Positions 53,502-62,540 of a stretch of 64,000 nucleotides of DNA are shown here, one piece after another (within the stretch, counting starts at the first letter, position 1; each line of letters opens with the position of its first letter). A program made the translations under genes and the position numbers. A model generated the notes under the pieces. That model had not been told where the DNA came from. It made no database searches and was given only the letters and a program-made list of their open reading frames with translations. Origin of the DNA: Candidatus Hydrogenedens sp. (GTDB taxonomy: Bacteria; Hydrogenedentota; Hydrogenedentia; Hydrogenedentales; Hydrogenedentaceae); NCBI GenBank assembly GCA_049968235.1, contig JBMFRC010000007.1, positions 64,001 to 128,000 on the forward strand, in the 5' to 3' direction.

Positions 53502-55268
53502 GTGCGAATTGGAAATCGTTCAAGACTCTTCTGGACACAAGGAAAGTCTATCTTTAATAAAAAAAATTCCCCTGATTCTTTAGATGATTCCGTAAAAAAT
53601 GAAGAGAAAGAGGCTCTGTTATCAAAAACAGATGTAGATAACAAAGAAGAAATAATCGAAACAACAAACCACGATGTAGATGCAATTGAATTTGGAAAAA
53701 AAATTTCTCCGTTATTAACAAACCTTAGAAAAGTTATTGAAGAAGGAAAATTATTTCCGAACTCTCGTGAATGGGTTGATTCTGCATTACCTATATTAGG
53801 TAATTGTATCGAAGTCGCCTCTCAAAATAGACGAAAAGATTTAGAGCAATTATTTGTAGATATTGCGAGAATTATTTATTCCTCGGATAGGGTTGGAAAA
53901 TCCCATCTTTCTATCGAACCATCTCTTGAATTATATTCCCTTTTATGCTGTGTTGTTGCTGACTATATGCGAGGAAAAACCAACAAACTTACCTTTGAAC
54001 AATGGACAAAGTCCTATCAGAAAGTTGCAACCGATTTTGTTAATTCAGGCATCCGTCTAGTAACTGATAATGAGGAACCTATAACAATCTCTGTATCAGA
54101 AACAGAAAATACCTATTCTTCTTTAGAAGATATATCTGCTCCCACATCTGTGGACCATACCCCATCTCAAGACATCCTTCCCTCAGTGGAAGAAATTCCT
54201 CCTCCCTTACCTGAAGTCGAAAACATAGAAATATCTCATACAGATAATCTAACAGAAGAAAAAAAATACGTCAAAAATACCACAGAAAGAACAGACAATA
54301 ATGACCCAATATTACAGGATAGTTCATCTTCATACACAGTTAAAACCTTATATTCAGAAACAATAGAAGAAACTCCTCCAGATACAAATCCATCACCAGA
54401 AACAAATGAAATTATAATTGAAAATAATGTCTCAATTACTAATATGGAAGAAGAAAATCCACAGGAACCTGAACCCATTATATCTACAACAGAACAACCC
54501 CCTGATATTGACATTTCAACTTTCCTCCAGCAAATCAGCCAATTACCTCAAAACGAAGTGAAGGAAATTTTATTAGATACATTAAAAGCTATTGTCAATG
54601 GAACACCAGAAACCGCAAAAACAAAAGCCATCGAACTTGCCCGAGAAATGGCAAAATTAGAAGTTGAAAAAGTAAAAACTGAGTATCGAGGGACAGAATA
54701 TCAGATAGAAAGTTTAAGTTCAGAGATACACCAGGTTGAAGAACAACTTAATATTTGTCAGAATGAAATCAAAACAATAGAAGAAGAATTAAAAGAACAA
54801 CAATCTATCATTCAAAAAACAGAGAAAGAAAAAAACACTTTAGAAAGGCATATTGAAAATACTCAAAACAAAATTGCAGATATCGAAAAAAGAATTTTAG
54901 AACTTCAACAACAAAAAGAAACAGAACTTACAAATCTAAACCAATACAATGAGCAACTTTCCACTACCGAAAAAAATATTGAATATCTCAATCAGTCCAT
55001 ATCCTCTCTCAAAGAATCTATTAGCGATTTTGAAAATCAAGCTATGACTCTACTCAAAAGAATGGATTCGCTTGAACTAACCAAATCTCAGAAAGAAACA
55101 CAGTTGGAACAACTCCAAAAACAGATAAAAGAAAGAGAATCTACAGTCCGCCGATTAGAAGAAACTTTATGGTTTCTCCAATCAGCAGAAAACAAATCCA
55201 TAAAGAATAACCCATCAAATCATCTAAATACACAAAACACCATAGACCTCTTTGACGGGAAGGTATAA
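53502..55268 (+). CDS. long coiled-coil protein with acidic/Pro-rich linker
   Basis: Probable GTG start 8 nt after GGAGG (the track ATG at 53457 sits inside a TATAAT-like box). Globular N-terminal domain, E/P/T-rich linker, about 200-aa heptad-rich coiled coil. Overlaps ftsA by 17 nt. Confidence 0.55.
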   Translation: MRIGNRSRLFWTQGKSIFNKKNSPDSLDDSVKNEEKEALLSKTDVDNKEEIIETTNHDVDAIEFGKKISPLLTNLRKVIEEGKLFPNSREWVDSALPILGNCIEVASQNRRKDLEQLFVDIARIIYSSDRVGKSHLSIEPSLELYSLLCCVVADYMRGKTNKLTFEQWTKSYQKVATDFVNSGIRLVTDNEEPITISVSETENTYSSLEDISAPTSVDHTPSQDILPSVEEIPPPLPEVENIEISHTDNLTEEKKYVKNTTERTDNNDPILQDSSSSYTVKTLYSETIEETPPDTNPSPETNEIIIENNVSITNMEEENPQEPEPIISTTEQPPDIDISTFLQQISQLPQNEVKEILLDTLKAIVNGTPETAKTKAIELAREMAKLEVEKVKTEYRGTEYQIESLSSEIHQVEEQLNICQNEIKTIEEELKEQQSIIQKTEKEKNTLERHIENTQNKIADIEKRILELQQQKETELTNLNQYNEQLSTTEKNIEYLNQSISSLKESISDFENQAMTLLKRMDSLELTKSQKETQLEQLQKQIKERESTVRRLEETLWFLQSAENKSIKNNPSNHLNTQNTIDLFDGKV

Positions 55269-56625
55269 AGCCTTGTTTAACAAAAGAATACAAATCATCG
55301 CCATAGATTTTGGTTCAAATAATATACGCGTTCTCATCGGAGAACAAACAAAAGATGGCAACATCTCCATTATTGGACATGGAACAGCCCCTTCCTCAGG
55401 CGCTATATCCAGGGGGCTAATACAAGAAATGGACTCCGCACGTCATGCCCTTCACGAAGCATTATCTATGGCTCAACAAAAAACTTACTCCATTTCGCCC
55501 AAATTAATTGCTATCGGCATTAATACGCCCCGTGCTGAAACATACACAAAAGAAGGCACTCTGGACCTGAAAAATGAAGAAATTTCTTTTGAACACCTCC
55601 AAAAGGTATTTACCATTGCTCAACAACAAGTTCCCAAATCTGATAAAGACCTATTAAACTCTCTTTACTCCTTCGAATGGTATATTGACAATTTTTTAGT
55701 GAAATATCCCTTAGGAATGAAAGCAGAACAACTTAAAATTCGTGTCCACTTTACCATTATCCCCAAAGTCATCATTGAGAACTTAAAATCTTGCGCAGAC
55801 AGTGAATTACATCCTTCCTATTCCGTCATGGAATATTTCGTATATAATCCCATTGCAACTGCTATAGGTTCATTAACTCCCGAAGAAATGGAGTTAGGAA
55901 CTTTACTGATAGATATCGGAAAAACTACAACAAACCTCACCCTGTTTTCAGGACATAAACTCATATATGCATCTACTTTCGATTTCGGAACCATATTCAT
56001 ATCGAGAGATGTTTCTTCTGTATTTAAAATAGACTTCGAGGAAGCACACAAACTCATCTGCGATTACGGGATTTCCGAAGAACTGATTAACAAATATATA
56101 AAATCAAATCTACCTATTGGGAACATTCCCCTCTCCCCTTCTTTAATCTCAAATGAACTAAGGGGAAAACCCATCTCCCTTCAAACTGTTTTAGATGGTT
56201 TTAATAAAAATGTATCCAAAATCGAACTGGAAGGCGTTATTTTCGCCCGTGTTCAAGAAATGATTACAACCTTAAAAAAAGAAATTGAAAAAAAAGATTT
56301 GACACAATCTTTACTTCGGGGTATTGTTCTCGCAGGGGGTGGTGCTAATTTGCAAAATATGAATATCCTCATAGAAAAAATATTTAACACACCTGTGCGA
56401 ATAGCAAAACCTCAATATGCCATCCCTAATATACCTCAATCTATTAATAACCCGGAATTTGCCACTGTTGTAGGAATACTTCGCGATGGGTTTTCTTATT
56501 ACCACGCAAACAAAAAAAGACAGGTATTCCAGAATAAAAAAATCATTAGTCAACTATGGATTACTTTAATTTCACCCTTCAAAAAACAAAAAGGGGCTAA
56601 AACGACTTCTACAAAATCGAATTAG
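55252..56625 (+). CDS. ftsA: cell division protein FtsA (actin-like ATPase)
   Basis: IIAIDFGSNNIRVLIGE, LLIDIGKTTTNLTLF, GIVLAGGGANLQNMNILIEKIFNTPVRIAKP parallel E. coli FtsA phosphate-1, phosphate-2 and adenosine motifs; basic C-terminal tail. Confidence 0.75.
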   Translation: MTGRYKALFNKRIQIIAIDFGSNNIRVLIGEQTKDGNISIIGHGTAPSSGAISRGLIQEMDSARHALHEALSMAQQKTYSISPKLIAIGINTPRAETYTKEGTLDLKNEEISFEHLQKVFTIAQQQVPKSDKDLLNSLYSFEWYIDNFLVKYPLGMKAEQLKIRVHFTIIPKVIIENLKSCADSELHPSYSVMEYFVYNPIATAIGSLTPEEMELGTLLIDIGKTTTNLTLFSGHKLIYASTFDFGTIFISRDVSSVFKIDFEEAHKLICDYGISEELINKYIKSNLPIGNIPLSPSLISNELRGKPISLQTVLDGFNKNVSKIELEGVIFARVQEMITTLKKEIEKKDLTQSLLRGIVLAGGGANLQNMNILIEKIFNTPVRIAKPQYAIPNIPQSINNPEFATVVGILRDGFSYYHANKKRQVFQNKKIISQLWITLISPFKKQKGAKTTSTKSN

Positions 56626-56777
56626 CCCTACGGGGAACAGAAGAAAAAGGAATTTAAAAATAAGACTTACATTCTCTTTTTTAAGTTTCATCCATTGGAT
56701 AAAAAACTTAATAAAGATTTAAAATAACTACAATTTTTTATTTATCTTTTTCGCTGTAAATATCACAGGAGCAAAAA

Positions 56778-58220
56778 ATGACAAAAAAAACTATTGAACC
56801 TCGTTTACTCAAAGGTTTTCAAGACCACCTACCACCAAAAAGTAAAATTCGACAGGAGATAAAAGAAAAAATTATTTCCGTCTATGAAAAATATGGTTTT
56901 GCATTCATCGAAACACCCGCAATTGAATTGAAAGAAATCTTACTCGGTCCCGGAGGAGAAAATATCAATAAAGAAATTTTCTTCTTAGAAACACCCGAAG
57001 GGGAACAATCCTGTCTTCGATTTGACCATACAGTTCCCTTTGCCCGCGTCATTGCCCAATATCCTGAAAAAATAAAAATCCCTTTCCGTAGATACACCAT
57101 TGGGTCTGTATGGCGTGCCGATAAACCCGGTGTGGGGAGATACCGTGAATTCGTCCAGATGGATATTGATATTGCCGGAACACCTAACACCGCTGCTGAT
57201 GCAGAAATCATTGCCATCATGGTAGAAGTTATGAAAATCCTCGGATTTAATAATTTTCAATCACAAATCAACAATAGAAAATTAATTGACGCTCTATTAA
57301 TACAAAATGGTATTAAAGATATAGATACACAAAAACACATCCTGCGAGTTATTGATAAACTGCAAAAAATAGGTATCGATAATATTCGTAAAGAACTCGG
57401 AGAAGGTCGTATAGATGATTCCGGTGACCCTATCAAAGGCGTCGGATTACCGAATAGTATTATTGAAAAAATTATTAGTTTCATAACTATAACCGGCAAA
57501 ACACGCAAAGAAACTATTCAGAATATCAAACAATACTTATCAGACCAAACAGAATCTCAACAGGCAATCTTTACTATGGAAGAACTTGACCAATATCTAT
57601 CCGCTCTTGATATATCTGATACGGAAGCATCCTTTTCCACTTCACTTACCCGAGGACTGGACTACTATTCCGGACCTGTTTTTGAAATGATACTCAAAAA
57701 TGCTCCTCATATCGGCTCGGTTATGGGCGGTGGAAGGTATGACGGACTCATTTCACGATTTACAGACAAAACTATCCCCTGCACAGGAATGTCAATCGGT
57801 ATAGATAGACTTATAAATGCTATGGAAGAATTAAAACTAATAGATACACAAAAACCAATATATGATGTCATTATTACTCGAGTAGGAAAAGTTCCTATAA
57901 CGGAAGCACTTTCTATAGCAAAAGAATTGCGCAATCACGATTTAAAGGTCAGCGTCTATCTCGGGAAAAAAACAAAAGAAACTTTAGGCGAACAATTATC
58001 ACATGCAGACCACTACAACATACCCATTGCTGTTATATTGGGTGAAGATGAACTCAAAAAAGGGGAAATCTGTGTAAAAGATTTATACTATGGAGAAAAA
58101 GCTCGTAAGGATATAAAAGATAGAAATCAATACCGTGAAGCAGGAACAGTAAGTCAGGTTACTATCTCACGGGAAAAATTGGTAGAAACAATCTTTTCAT
58201 TTCTCAATAAAAATTATTGA
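56778..58220 (+). CDS. hisS: histidine--tRNA ligase
   Basis: Class II motif 2 (FRRYTIGSVWRAD...GRYREFVQMDIDIAG), motif 3/His-binding GGGRYDGL, plus C-terminal anticodon-binding domain (rules out HisZ). Confidence 0.8.
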   Translation: MTKKTIEPRLLKGFQDHLPPKSKIRQEIKEKIISVYEKYGFAFIETPAIELKEILLGPGGENINKEIFFLETPEGEQSCLRFDHTVPFARVIAQYPEKIKIPFRRYTIGSVWRADKPGVGRYREFVQMDIDIAGTPNTAADAEIIAIMVEVMKILGFNNFQSQINNRKLIDALLIQNGIKDIDTQKHILRVIDKLQKIGIDNIRKELGEGRIDDSGDPIKGVGLPNSIIEKIISFITITGKTRKETIQNIKQYLSDQTESQQAIFTMEELDQYLSALDISDTEASFSTSLTRGLDYYSGPVFEMILKNAPHIGSVMGGGRYDGLISRFTDKTIPCTGMSIGIDRLINAMEELKLIDTQKPIYDVIITRVGKVPITEALSIAKELRNHDLKVSVYLGKKTKETLGEQLSHADHYNIPIAVILGEDELKKGEICVKDLYYGEKARKDIKDRNQYREAGTVSQVTISREKLVETIFSFLNKNY

Positions 58221-58687
58221 GGGTCACCAATTACAGGGTCATTATTTGATGGTAATTGACTCTCATTGTAGCGAATAATTCCTGTATGGTCTATACGGAA
58301 ATACCTATTCCCCGAATAACCTATTGTCTGAGGTGAAGCATAACATATAAACTGGACATTTGTTACTTGTGGCATAGAATATACATACCCCTGACGGATA
58401 CAGCCTTCACCCCATGATTCATCCAAATACCGCGTCGTCAGATTGGGAGATGAATTTACAAGGCTGTTAAAATCACCATAAGTATTATTTGCAGAATGAT
58501 ATGACACCTGTGCAGTACAAATAGCCCTTAAATTCCAGATAGTAGATGCCTCATTAGAATGAATTCGTGAACGTATTAATGTCGGAATAGTTATCGCAGA
58601 TATTATTGCGATTACTGCTACTACTACCATCATCTCTATAAGTGTAAACCCTTTTTGCCTTGTTCTCCACTGACGCCATTTATTCAT
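58214..58687 (-). CDS. prepilin-type pilin/pseudopilin
   Basis: KGFTLIEMMVVVAVIAIISAITIP class III signal; C-terminal SGNRYFRIDHTGIIRYN shared with the neighbouring paralog. Confidence 0.8.
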   Translation of the reverse strand: MNKWRQWRTRQKGFTLIEMMVVVAVIAIISAITIPTLIRSRIHSNEASTIWNLRAICTAQVSYHSANNTYGDFNSLVNSSPNLTTRYLDESWGEGCIRQGYVYSMPQVTNVQFICYASPQTIGYSGNRYFRIDHTGIIRYNESQLPSNNDPVIGDPQ

Positions 58688-58707
58688 CGTTCACATCCTT
58701 TGTTATT

Positions 58708-58761
58708 TTAGAATGTAAAACAAAAAGGCATGATGGCGGTCACCGGGTTCCGCCATCATGC
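58708..58761 (-). terminator. rho-independent terminator downstream of the major pilin gene
   Basis: Minus-strand GCATGATGGCGG-aacccggtga-CCGCCATCATGC then CTTTTTGTTTT. Confidence 0.7.
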
Positions 58762-58812
58762 ACTCAGCACCAACACAACCCACTGATTAGCGGGTTAATG
58801 GCTAAACTACGA

Positions 58813-59244
58813 TTATTGTTCTCCGATGGGCGGGTCACCAGCGCCAGCCTGTCCACCTGTATTGAAGCGGATTACACCACTGGCATCTGTGTAGAAATAA
58901 CGATTACCACTTACACCAACTTCACTCGGGTCTGCATTGCAGGTAAAGTTATTTGGTCCCGGAGAAGCCAGAGTAAATGTATAACCTTGCTTAATACCAG
59001 CCCAGTTTCCTTCTAAGAATGGAGGGGTTGCCCCTGTTAGGTCTGCAAAATCACCCGTATAAGAACCATTTGCAGAGTTATAGGCAACTTCAGCACCAAC
59101 AATGGCTTTTAAGTTGCTGATTGCAGCAGATTCATTGGACTGCAATCTGGAACGAAGCAGGTTGGGAATCGCAATTGCTGCGATAATAGCGATGATTGCT
59201 ACCACAATCATCAATTCAATGAGTGTGAAACCTTTATTTTTCAT
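58813..59244 (-). CDS. type IV pilin-like protein (prepilin N-terminal methylation domain)
   Basis: [30 protein letters not shown]; SD AAGGAG 8 nt upstream; own terminator downstream, suggesting the highly expressed major subunit. Confidence 0.85.
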   Translation of the reverse strand: MKNKGFTLIELMIVVAIIAIIAAIAIPNLLRSRLQSNESAAISNLKAIVGAEVAYNSANGSYTGDFADLTGATPPFLEGNWAGIKQGYTFTLASPGPNNFTCNADPSEVGVSGNRYFYTDASGVIRFNTGGQAGAGDPPIGEQ

Positions 59245-59519
59245 ACTACATCTCCTTGTTAGGTTTTTAGTTTAGTTAAACTCCTACCTTGACACCCGGT
59301 TATCAAGGCACTTTATTAAATTGTTGTTGATTTATTTATAACAAATATCATGCCAATATAATTAAAAAAGAAAAATCACAACAAAATATTCATAAGTATC
59401 TATACATCAAATATATATTAAGAATATAACAGTTGTTATCATTTTTCTTATGAGAAGATATAAATAAATTAGTGACAAAAATTGTCATTTGAAGACAAAA
59501 TTGGTCTATTTTTATTATC

Positions 59520-61013
59520 TTATTTCCCTCGCCAAAAAGAAGGAAAAAACAAAACCAGTATTGAATATATCTCTAATCGCCCCATCAGCATCAACATACA
59601 TAACACCCCTTTACCTAAAATTGGAATCGTAGAAAAATCTTCGACACCCCCAACATATTCTAACCCTGGACCACAACCATTTAATGCTGCAGCAACAGAA
59701 GATATTGAAGTTACTATCGGTAACCCAATCCAACATAAAATAAGACTACCTATAATAAAAACCGTTACATACAAAGCAAAATAACTCAATACAGATTTTT
59801 GAACGACATCATCTATTGCCTGCTCTCCCAAATGAATCGCCCTTATTACTCGTGGTTGAAAAATAAATTGTATCCTATTTATTAAAAACTTAAATAAAAT
59901 AACTACACGAATTATTTTTAATCCTCCGGATGTTGACCCGGCGGAACCACCCATTATCATTAATATCACGAGAGACCATCTTGCGAAATGAGGCCATAAG
60001 TCATAATCTTCCGTAACAAAACCCGTATCTGTCATTAGGGAAGTAACTGTAAAAGCCACACTCCTAAGGGCTTTTCCAAAAGAGTACTGCACAAATTCAC
60101 TTTTGTCCAAAGAGAAAGTCCCATGATACCCCATTACACAAATAGTTAAAAATACAATAGAGAAAAACCAGATAGATATATAAGCCCGCCATTCTATATT
60201 TTGGAAGAAAGCCCGAACATTCCTCTGATAAAGAAGAAAGAACAATCCAAAGTTTGTTCCTGCACAAAGCATAAAAACGATAGTGATTATTTCTATGGGT
60301 AAACTACGGTAGGCACCAATACTCATCTGCCGTGTCGAAAATCCTCCACTGGCTAATGTTGCAAAGGCATGACATATTGCATCAAAAAAACTCATTCCAA
60401 ATAGCATTAAAAGAATACATTGAATAGCTGTTAATGATATATATACCATCAACAACTGTTTCAAAGTCTCCTTTACCCGGGGTCTAATAAATTTCACATC
60501 AGGCGCAAACGATTCTGATTTCAGAAGCAAACGACCTCCTGCACCTAAGTAAGGAAGCACCGCAATAAACATAACCACAATTCCCATACCACCTAAAAAA
60601 TGCGTAAATGCTCGCCAAAAAAGCAATGTTTTCGGAAAGGCCTCTATATCTCTCACTACTGTCGAACCTGTTGTCGTAAATCCGGATACAGACTCAAAAA
60701 TAGCATCCATTAAAGAAAGATGCCCAGACAAATAAAATGGGAAAGAGCCAAAAAAAGTAATCAATACCCATCCCAATCCCACAAGGGCTAATGATTCTTT
60801 AATTAAAAAACTATCCTCCTCCACTTTACTCCTTTGAAAAGTAGATACAATTCCTAACACACCGGTTAATATTACATACATAAAAGATTCTAAAATAGAA
60901 GGAATGATACTTGTTTCATGATAGGCTATAGCAGGCACCAACAATAATAAAAATATAAGGGCATACCCAATTAAAAGCCTTCCCAAATAATTAATCAATT
61001 GAAAATAATTCAT
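59520..61013 (-). CDS. trkH: Trk/Ktr-type potassium transporter membrane subunit
   Basis: Multiple M1-P-M2 repeats with TGF/GGS-like selectivity segments (GFTTTGSTV, GGSAGSTSGGLK). Confidence 0.85.
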   Translation of the reverse strand: MNYFQLINYLGRLLIGYALIFLLLLVPAIAYHETSIIPSILESFMYVILTGVLGIVSTFQRSKVEEDSFLIKESLALVGLGWVLITFFGSFPFYLSGHLSLMDAIFESVSGFTTTGSTVVRDIEAFPKTLLFWRAFTHFLGGMGIVVMFIAVLPYLGAGGRLLLKSESFAPDVKFIRPRVKETLKQLLMVYISLTAIQCILLMLFGMSFFDAICHAFATLASGGFSTRQMSIGAYRSLPIEIITIVFMLCAGTNFGLFFLLYQRNVRAFFQNIEWRAYISIWFFSIVFLTICVMGYHGTFSLDKSEFVQYSFGKALRSVAFTVTSLMTDTGFVTEDYDLWPHFARWSLVILMIMGGSAGSTSGGLKIIRVVILFKFLINRIQFIFQPRVIRAIHLGEQAIDDVVQKSVLSYFALYVTVFIIGSLILCWIGLPIVTSISSVAAALNGCGPGLEYVGGVEDFSTIPILGKGVLCMLMLMGRLEIYSILVLFFPSFWRGK

Positions 61014-61067
61014 TGTGAATTACCATTTTTACACAATTTTTCAATTCCCTATTAAACAAGGTATTTA

Positions 61068-62399
61068 TTATTTAAATAATTTACTTACATCATTAAATTT
61101 GTCAGCTTTCGTTACAATGACGACCCGGTCACCTTCTTCCATGGCATCTTCGCCTTTTGGAATTATTGCTTGTTCTTCACGAATTATCCCTGCTACAACA
61201 AAACTAATTTCAAATCGTATATCTTTAAGTGCACGATTAAGAAACTTAAAAGACTTTTTAATCTCATATTCCGCTATTTCAATGCCTCGAATGTTCAACA
61301 GATGTTTTACTGTATTTTGATATACGATTCGTAATACCTTATTAACAAAACTATAATACGGAATTACCGAATAATCAATTCCAAAACGGTCTACTAATTC
61401 ACCAAACTGTTTATTATATATAACACTTACTACATAAGGAATACCTATATCCTTTGCTAAGGAAGCTGCAACAACATTACGCTCATCATCATGGGTTGGT
61501 GCAATAAACACATCAAAATCTTTAACCGCCATTAATTGAGAACGATTGCTTAATGGGTCATCATTTACAATATCTACTTTATATTTTGAAAGTATTTGCG
61601 ATAATTCCTCTGCCCTCTCTTTGTCCTTTTCAAATAATTTAATCACAGAAACTTTATCTTTTAATGCCCGAATAATCTGAACACTTATAGGTGTCCCACC
61701 TAAAATAATAACTCTTTTCTTCTTATCCCAATCCCCTGTAAATATTTTTACCGCACGAGCCATACCGTCGCGTCTTCCAAAAATTCCTAAAATATCTCCG
61801 CACTTTATCCGCGTTTCACCCGTAGGCACATCCACCTGCTTCCCTGATTTTATATAGCCAATAACTACCTTTTCTTTAATTACATCCATCACCTCTTTCA
61901 AGGTCTTTCCATTCTCCTTAAATTGGTTCCAGACCCTTAATTCATAAAATTGGATACGGTCATTTCCATATTCTTCAGAAACCAACAAGCCTGGCGACTC
62001 AGAAAAACTCGCAATATCCGTTGCAGTCAACTGCTCCGGTGATAAAAAATAATCAATTCCCAGAATACTCTCATATAAAAAGGCATTATTAATATAAACC
62101 ATATCTGAAACCAGAGCAGATACACTCTCTGCCCCTAAATTCTTTGCACAACTACTCGCAATTATATTTGCTCTATCATCCCCCAAAGTTGCAATGAAAA
62201 GGTCACATCCACCACTCATTACCTCCTGTAATAGTGAAGGGTCCTGGGCATCGCCCAGCCGAATACCAACATCTACCTTTCCTGTTAAATCGTCAAGTAC
62301 CGATTTATCGTAATCCAATACTGTTACATCATTATCTTTGTAAAGCATCTCCGCTAACAGCGAACCTGCTCTACCTGCACCTGCAATCACAATTTTCAT
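61068..62399 (-). CDS. trkA: Trk system NAD-binding regulatory subunit
   Basis: Two RCK_N Rossmann domains (MKIVIAGAGRAGSLLA; VIILGGTPISVQII). Confidence 0.9.
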   Translation of the reverse strand: MKIVIAGAGRAGSLLAEMLYKDNDVTVLDYDKSVLDDLTGKVDVGIRLGDAQDPSLLQEVMSGGCDLFIATLGDDRANIIASSCAKNLGAESVSALVSDMVYINNAFLYESILGIDYFLSPEQLTATDIASFSESPGLLVSEEYGNDRIQFYELRVWNQFKENGKTLKEVMDVIKEKVVIGYIKSGKQVDVPTGETRIKCGDILGIFGRRDGMARAVKIFTGDWDKKKRVIILGGTPISVQIIRALKDKVSVIKLFEKDKERAEELSQILSKYKVDIVNDDPLSNRSQLMAVKDFDVFIAPTHDDERNVVAASLAKDIGIPYVVSVIYNKQFGELVDRFGIDYSVIPYYSFVNKVLRIVYQNTVKHLLNIRGIEIAEYEIKKSFKFLNRALKDIRFEISFVVAGIIREEQAIIPKGEDAMEEGDRVVIVTKADKFNDVSKLFK

Positions 62400-62540
62400 A
62401 CCTTTTATTCCAATATATAAATATTCCTTTTCAATATTCCCTTACGCCTTACCTCTATCGCTCATTACTTATTTTACCTACTTATTATTGGAAGTGATAT
62501 TATATCACAATGCAAACCATGAAATAAAAAAGGAAAGAAC

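Noticed and set aside
59245-59519. Possible sigma-54 promoter or palindrome (CCTTGACACCCGGTTATCAAGG) upstream of the major pilin gene
   Set aside because: No TGGCAC-N5-TTGC match; the palindrome is imperfect (7/8) and may be chance in a 275-bp AT-rich region.
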